This document shows positions 6,970 to 11,701 of a stretch of DNA of 11,701 bases, one piece after another. This DNA is from a virus. The stretch lies in the UHGV virus genome UHGV-0310186; one strand, written 5' to 3'. Within the stretch, counting starts at the first letter, position 1. The number at the start of each line of letters is the position of its first letter. The translations under genes were made by a program, and so were the position numbers. Under the pieces are notes generated by a model, which was not told the origin of the DNA, did not search any database, and was given only the letters and a program-made list of their open reading frames with translations.

Positions 6970-7152
6970 CTACGGAATGAGCGGATCTTCGGGTTTGCTT
7001 CCGGCTGACTGACTGGCGCTGATTCTCTCAGCGGCCCTTTTATCAATCTGCCTGCGCCAGAAATCGCGCACTGCCCTGTACCCACCCGAAAGAAGATACA
7101 TAACACAGACTGCCATACAGAAGTACAGCATTACCTGATGAATAAATGTCAT
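6970..7152 (-). CDS. Hypothetical small membrane protein (60 aa)
   Basis: ATG at 7152; hydrophobic N-terminal segment (VMLYFCMAVCVMYLLSGGY) then a basic tail. Weak ribosome-binding site. Confidence 0.3.
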   Translation of the reverse strand: MTFIHQVMLYFCMAVCVMYLLSGGYRAVRDFWRRQIDKRAAERISASQSAGSKPEDPLIP

Positions 7153-7250
7153 AATTTCTTACCGTTATGGTTGACAATGAGAACTGTTTTCATTTAGAAA
7201 TGATTGATGTCGAAAGCATCTTTTCTTTACATTCTCCATTGGGATTACCT

Positions 7251-7287
7251 CCGCCAGCTTCCATTCCTGCCGCTGGCGGCTTTTTTT
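7251..7287 (+). terminator. Hairpin plus T7 tract oriented for the plus strand, directly 3' of the NanS-p stop
   Basis: CCGCCAGC-(13-nt loop)-GCTGGCGG followed by CTTTTTTTAT. On the minus strand the A-tract precedes the stem, so for the NanS-p transcript it would be a 3' stabilising hairpin rather than a canonical terminator. Confidence 0.4.
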
Positions 7288-7288
7288 A

Positions 7289-9250
7289 TCATGCCGCGAT
7301 GTCCGCGTTGTTCACTTCCACCTTCACACTGTCAATCAGCAGCGTATATGTCGCCGCCTTTGATATGCCTGTCAGTTGCAGTTTGTCCGCCGCCCCTGAT
7401 GCCGGAGATTTCACCAGTGTGAACGGCGTCCCCCGTTTCTCATCCAGTACCGGCGTCACCTGAATGCTGTTGTTTCCGGCAAACTCAAAAGCCAGTGTGT
7501 GCCATCCGTTATCAAAGACCCCGAACGTTTCCAGCTTCGCATTCGGCTTCTTGTGGTGCATCGCGTTCAGGTTCGTCGCATCCGTCTGCAGAAAGAAGGA
7601 CATCAGCATGTCGTTGCCTTCCTCTGCCAGCGTCACTCCCTCCGGCAGGGACGACAACTGCCAGTAAATGCCCAGGGCAAACTGATTCGGCACCAGTGAA
7701 CCCGGCAACTTAAACCGTACGCTCACACGTCCCCCCTTCTTCAGTAACTCCACTCCCTGTCCGGCTGCATCATGCTCCAGAAACCAGATGTGGTTTTCCG
7801 GTTTATTCAGTTGCAGGGCCTTACCTCCCGTAGCCCCCGCATCACTGACCACCGCTTCAGCAATGTTTTTGTTAACATTGTCTCCGCTCGCCGGTTTGTG
7901 ATAATAGCGCCAGCCCTGTGATGCCAGGTCTTCGCCGGACGCCAGCAGACTCATCAGGGTTCGGTTACTGACCGGGGCTTCCGGCTCTCTCTCCGTACCT
8001 TCACCGGAAGGTCCGGTGGGCTTCACCGTATCAGGCTGTTTTCCGGTAATGAATTCAGCGTTTCTCCCGGCATGCACAAGAATCGCCGTTGCCAGACGGT
8101 CGGAAATAATCCCACGACGTGCCCATGATCCAAAATGCGTTTTACGGTCGGCCGTCGTCCAGGTTTTGGCGTCCGTTCGACCACCGGCTCCGTAATACCC
8201 AATATCCGCAACATCCGGATCTTCTGACGGCTCGTTGGTACCCACATTTCGCCCGTTTTCATCCGTCATAAACGGCACAAAGAAGATTTTTTTTGCGGAT
8301 TTCGTCTTGTATGCACCATACACCGCATCGTATTGCGAAGAATAAGTCTGCTTCCAGTAGTAGGTCGTGTCGCCACAAATCCAGGGAACCGATGACGGAG
8401 AGCCCCCGAGACACTGACCTCCGAATTCCGACAGGTCAGAACGATATTTTTCCACCATGGAATCAAACAGCCCCGGCTGAGTGGCGTATGCACCCTGTTT
8501 CAAATCAAACTCGCCCTGCATCCAGACCACTGCAAGCAGAATATTTTTAGGGTTGGCCTTCAGTGCGGCCTGAGTACGGGTAAGCAGGTCCTTGTACAGT
8601 GGCTTATCAACACCCCAGCGTGCCGAGGTCTCGCTTGCGCCGGTGGATTCGCTGAAGGTACCTTCATCGCCCGCCAAAAATGCAGAACCACCACGGCAGC
8701 ACGGAACCAGAAGAATACCGGCATTCGCCGGAATAAACGGCAACAATTTCTTCGCGATATGTAATCCCTGCCCCACGCATCCATACTGAGCTGCGCTGGC
8801 TTTCGGGTGTGAAAACTTACTCAAATCCTGAACATCATGCAGGCAGTGGTCCGCAGGAATAATGTCATTGTAGTTACAGGACGCACCACCCGGCGTGACA
8901 GTGCTGCGACGCGCCAGCTGTTTAATACGCGGGTCCGGACGGTCATATGTCTCCGGCAGCGGAAGCCCTTCACCATACGCCATACCGTTTGACTGCCCGG
9001 CCAGGGCAACAACAAAGTAATACTCCGGGTTGCTGGTGGTGCTGATAACTGCGCCTTCTCCATCCGACGGCTTCACCACCACAGGTGTGGTGACATCACC
9101 TTCCGCCGCAATGGCCTGCATCAGGGTATAAGGCGTGATGGCCACCGGACTGCCAAATGGCTGCCACCCCTCCTTCAGTTTTTGTGTCAGTCGTTTCGCA
9201 AGGTCTGACGGCGATGCCGCCCTGACAACATCATAGTGTTTAAATGCCAT
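7289..9250 (-). CDS. nanS-p: Prophage sialate O-acetylesterase NanS-p-like protein (DUF1737-type N-terminus, SGNH/SASA esterase core, C-terminal carbohydrate-binding region)
   Basis: A roughly 650-aa ORF sitting between the tRNA/toxin locus and the holin, which is where Stx-type prophages carry nanS-p (933W L0105/Z1466-like). Start set at ATG 9250 (MAFKHY, GGTGGAAAG Shine-Dalgarno) rather than 9265. Assignment is by recalled architecture and size, not a run alignment. Confidence 0.75.
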   Translation of the reverse strand: MAFKHYDVVRAASPSDLAKRLTQKLKEGWQPFGSPVAITPYTLMQAIAAEGDVTTPVVVKPSDGEGAVISTTSNPEYYFVVALAGQSNGMAYGEGLPLPETYDRPDPRIKQLARRSTVTPGGASCNYNDIIPADHCLHDVQDLSKFSHPKASAAQYGCVGQGLHIAKKLLPFIPANAGILLVPCCRGGSAFLAGDEGTFSESTGASETSARWGVDKPLYKDLLTRTQAALKANPKNILLAVVWMQGEFDLKQGAYATQPGLFDSMVEKYRSDLSEFGGQCLGGSPSSVPWICGDTTYYWKQTYSSQYDAVYGAYKTKSAKKIFFVPFMTDENGRNVGTNEPSEDPDVADIGYYGAGGRTDAKTWTTADRKTHFGSWARRGIISDRLATAILVHAGRNAEFITGKQPDTVKPTGPSGEGTEREPEAPVSNRTLMSLLASGEDLASQGWRYYHKPASGDNVNKNIAEAVVSDAGATGGKALQLNKPENHIWFLEHDAAGQGVELLKKGGRVSVRFKLPGSLVPNQFALGIYWQLSSLPEGVTLAEEGNDMLMSFFLQTDATNLNAMHHKKPNAKLETFGVFDNGWHTLAFEFAGNNSIQVTPVLDEKRGTPFTLVKSPASGAADKLQLTGISKAATYTLLIDSVKVEVNNADIAA

Positions 9251-9510
9251 GGTTCTTTCCACCATCTGAAAAATAATTCTTTAAAATACCTGACATGTAA
9301 TACAGAAAAAACACAAAACCATACCTTAAATAAAAACCTCATCATCAAGCAGATATGCATGGATAAACTACAAGACGAGATATAAACCACCCTGCATTTA
9401 AATAAACAATAAACAACATCAGAAAAATAATTCTGCTCTATGGTTTACATTCAAAAATATCATTTATACTTTTCAGAACATCACCAGCAAGACATAAACA
9501 AGGAAACTAA

Positions 9511-9846
9511 ATGAAGTGGATTGTGATTGATACAGTTATCCAGCCATCATGCGGAATATCTTTTTCAGTCATATGGAGTAAAATAAAATTAATAATCTGG
9601 TATCAATCGGATGCTTTCTTACCTCCTGAAAGTATATTTACACTGACTCACACAGGTATCATGCTCAATAACAAAGTGCTACCTGTAACCATTTACAACG
9701 TAGCACCATTCAATAAAACATTCTGGAATTTAATCAAAAACAGCCAGGAATGTCCTACAAATACAGATAACGTATTGAATGAATGCTTTAATAACCGTTG
9801 CACTCTGCAAATATGTCCTTATGGACTAAAACAACAAAGTCCATAA
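9511..9846 (+). CDS. Hypothetical protein (111 aa) in an AT-rich moron, opposite strand to the late operon
   Basis: ATG preceded by AAGGAAACTAA; about 245 bp of very AT-rich upstream sequence (9266-9510); low GC, Cys/Asn-rich product. No family recognised by eye. Confidence 0.5.
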   Translation: MKWIVIDTVIQPSCGISFSVIWSKIKLIIWYQSDAFLPPESIFTLTHTGIMLNNKVLPVTIYNVAPFNKTFWNLIKNSQECPTNTDNVLNECFNNRCTLQICPYGLKQQSP

Positions 9847-9880
9847 GGAGTTTACTCACATCTGACAAAATCAATATAAA

Positions 9881-9902
9881 CAGCCCCTCCGGAGAGGGGC
9901 TG
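9881..9902 (-). terminator. GC-rich hairpin; terminator-like for the minus strand
   Basis: CAGCCCCTC-CGGA-GAGGGGCTG is a perfect 9-bp stem. On the minus strand it is followed by TTTATATTGATTTTG; on the plus strand no U-tract follows. Confidence 0.4.
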
Positions 9903-10293
9903 GAGAGTGGCGCTATGTGCCATTGCATGGTGCCGGGTGCCTCCCGGTGAATTCAGTACCAGCACCTGAATCCGCGATTATCCCATATACCTACTCGCTG
10001 ATTGCCCCTCCGCACAGGGGGATTCACCATGCCAGTTTCTTTTAACAAACTCCCCGCAAACCAGACAACAGTCAACCGCCTGAATTGTGAAGTATTTAAA
10101 AATTTCTCCCGCTAACTGATACCCGGCTAACAGTCTGGCGTTTTCTTTTTCAGCAACGGGAAAGCAACAACCACCACACCCGCCACCAGCACACCGTCAG
10201 CCAGCACTGACATTATCCGGCTGCTGCAATGCCACTCACAAAAACAGTAAGCAATCACTTTTTACCGTAACAAGTGATAATCCAGATATGTAT

Positions 10294-10620
10294 CTACCCC
10301 AGATGAGTAATCCGAAGTTCATCCATACCACAGGTCCTGGCTATTCTGTTGTACTCCTGAACAAGAGCAAATAATTCTGAATTAGCAACCATGAACTCAT
10401 CGCAAACCCTCTGAATAGCATCACTATTCAGAATAATAACGTCTCTTCCCGAAAGACGATCAGGAGTACAGAACAAAACTGTCAAACGGCTGAAGGCCTT
10501 TGCTCGTGCTGCATTGACTATATCAATACGCTGCCTAAGGATGAAACACCCCGACGCCTCATCAATATTCACTCTACCCACACCATATGAATGATAAATA
10601 TTTAATGCTGAAAAAACCAT
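10294..10620 (-). CDS. Hypothetical protein (about 108 aa) in the low-GC region downstream of the tRNAs
   Basis: ORF in the position occupied by stxA in Stx phages but unrelated in sequence. Start uncertain (ATG 10620 or TTG 10647). A possible sigma70-like promoter (TTGTCA-17-AAGTAT) lies upstream on the minus strand. Confidence 0.3.
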   Translation of the reverse strand: MVFSALNIYHSYGVGRVNIDEASGCFILRQRIDIVNAARAKAFSRLTVLFCTPDRLSGRDVIILNSDAIQRVCDEFMVANSELFALVQEYNRIARTCGMDELRITHLG

Positions 10621-10760
10621 TAGACCGTATAACAAACACTCAATCAATACTTAACAGAACTTTTATTTTTGACAAACATATAATATTTTCAACAATATCC
10701 TGAGCCAGGTATATTTCAGTATAAGGCTCTGCCGGAAGGAATCTGGAAGAATGAATATAG

Positions 10761-10834
10761 CGCGCTGTACTGGATTCGAACCAGTGACCGATTGCTTAGA
10801 AGGCAATTGCTCTGTCCGGCTGAGCTAACAACGC
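10761..10834 (-). tRNA. tRNA-Arg (anticodon TCT), phage-borne, no encoded CCA
   Basis: Hand-folded cloverleaf: acceptor GCGTTGT/ACAGCGC, D-stem GCTC/GAGC, anticodon stem ATTGC/GCAAT with loop CTTCTAA, T-stem ACTGG/CCAGT with loop TTCGAAT. Confidence 0.85.
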
Positions 10835-10934
10835 TGAATACCGATAATGGACCGCCATCGGGGACCCGCCCCCGCACCAACAACCCTGTTATCGCGTCGT
10901 CTGCTCTTCCTGATAAGCTAATGGCGGTTTGTGA

Positions 10935-11010
10935 TGGTGGCCCTTGCTGGATTTGAACCAGCGACCTGGCGATTATGAGTCGCTCGCTCTCACCACTGAG
11001 CTAAAGGGCC
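10935..11010 (-). tRNA. tRNA with CAT anticodon, most similar to tRNA-Ile2 (ileX/ileZ type) rather than elongator Met; CCA encoded
   Basis: GGCCCTTTAGCTCAGTGGTGAGAGCGAGCGACTCATAATCGCCAGGTCGCTGGTTCAAATCCAGCAAGGGCCACCA folds as a cloverleaf (acceptor GGCCCTT/AAGGGCC, anticodon loop CTCATAA, T-loop TTCAAAT) and is close to E. coli ileX as recalled. Confidence 0.85.
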
Positions 11011-11046
11011 GGGAGCAGAATAATAACGGTCCGTAATTAATTCCGC

Positions 11047-11071
11047 AATAAAAAACCCGCTCGGCGGCGGG
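11047..11071 (-). terminator. tR'-like rho-independent terminator downstream of pR'
   Basis: On the minus strand: CCCGC-CGCCGA-GCGGG followed by TTTTTTATT. Lies about 45-65 nt downstream of the predicted pR' start and upstream of the tRNAs. Confidence 0.7.
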
Positions 11072-11108
11072 TTGTAGAAACTCTTCTAACGTCAGGCATA
11101 AAAGGCCC

Positions 11109-11148
11109 ATCGTTATGACGAATTTACCACAGATTCCGGAAAAATCAA
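11109..11148 (-). promoter_or_regulatory. pR' late promoter with qut-like pause element
   Basis: On the minus strand: TTGATT (-35), 16-nt spacer, TAAATT (-10), then cgtcat and AACGATGGG. This mirrors lambda pR' (TAAATT ... AACGATGGG), where the -10-like AACGAT in the early transcribed region drives the sigma-dependent pause used by Q. Confidence 0.6.
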
Positions 11149-11153
11149 CCTTG

Positions 11154-11522
11154 TTACCTAGTTACCTTTTTTAACTGCCGCTCAGCCCATGCTTCTTCAA
11201 TATCAAACCGGGTCACCAGCGCATCATAGAATTTCTTAACTGTTTTTTCCCATGACGCGCGTGTTATCTGGTTTGTCACCTCGCATATAGCATTAAATGC
11301 CTCCGTTGATGGTAGTCTTTCATAGCCACGACCACCACAACGCTGGCAGTCTCTGATAACAGGCATACCACGTTTTACCGACTCTTCACGGTGAATGGCG
11401 ACACCACGCCCACGGCAATCCTTACAGGCGGTGGAAACCTCACCCTTTCCGCCACACTCCGGACAGGCAACTTTTACCACCTCCCTGACTTTTTTCCATT
11501 CTTCCCAGTAAGACGGATACAC
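11154..11522 (-). CDS. Q: Antiterminator Q (lambda Q family), zinc-finger C-terminal domain; N-terminus short or disrupted
   Basis: ...ACPECGGKGEVSTACKDCRGRGVAIHREESVKRGMPVIRDCQRCGGRGYERLPSTEAFNAI...WEKTVKKFYDALV...KKVTR parallels the lambda Q C-terminus (ARCRDCHGTGRAV...ECGRCKGVGYSRMPASAAYRAV...WSRTVKPLYDALV...LNAVTR). The only in-frame start is GTG at 11522, with an in-frame stop at 11619-11621, so the product is about 90 aa shorter than lambda Q. Confidence 0.6.
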   Translation of the reverse strand: MYPSYWEEWKKVREVVKVACPECGGKGEVSTACKDCRGRGVAIHREESVKRGMPVIRDCQRCGGRGYERLPSTEAFNAICEVTNQITRASWEKTVKKFYDALVTRFDIEEAWAERQLKKVTR

Positions 11523-11701
11523 ACCTTTCGTACACTTTGCCCATACCGGCGGCTTACCATCCGGATACTGGACCTTGTTTGTGGCATCAGTATGAATGAC
11601 AGGGTGCGGGCAACAGAATTACTGGCAGATTATGCACTCAGTCGGTGCGATCGTGTGGCGGCGTTGAGAAAACTTCCGGCAGAAATAAAACCGGTAGTGA
11701 T

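Noticed and set aside
7167-9063. Multiple 65-98-aa ORFs on both strands inside 7289-9250
   Set aside because: All overlap the long NanS-p reading frame in other frames or antisense, with no ribosome-binding sites or recognisable products.
9847-10760. Shiga toxin genes stxA/stxB at the canonical position downstream of the phage tRNAs
   Set aside because: No ORF of the right size or sequence (StxA about 319 aa, StxB about 89 aa with signal peptides) is present. The only ORF there is unrelated.
1-11701. CRISPR array, insertion sequence or transposase, integrase or DNA invertase that could explain the inverted duplications
   Set aside because: No regularly spaced direct repeats with unique spacers, no transposase-like or recombinase-like ORF, and no terminal inverted repeats bounding a transposase were found. 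The inversions therefore seem unlinked to a mobile element encoded in this window.

Overview
This window is the late-operon segment of a lambdoid prophage (lambda / P21 / Stx-phage-like layout) from an enterobacterial host, almost all transcribed on the minus strand. Reading right to left: a lambda-Q-family antiterminator (11154-11522), a lambda-like pR'/qut promoter and tR' terminator, two phage tRNAs (Ile2-type CAT, Arg TCT), a low-GC moron region at the place where Stx phages carry stx (no toxin genes here), a NanS-p-like sialate O-acetylesterase, two small ORFs, an S21-type pinholin, two unknown ORFs (268 aa and 104 aa) between holin and endolysin, a rearranged SAR-endolysin, fragmented small membrane ORFs, Rz/Rz1 spanins, a cos site whose cosN matches lambda, terminase Nu1 and A, gpW and the first codons of the portal gene. 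Two loci (endolysin at 4832-5256; terminase/W/portal at 1-561) are built from short locally copied blocks in inverted or direct orientation that split otherwise recognisable genes. As assembled, the element looks lysis- and packaging-defective, unless these structures are assembly artefacts or reversible inversions. No CRISPR array, integrase, transposase or invertase was found. All homology statements come from reading the translations against remembered reference proteins; no database search was run.
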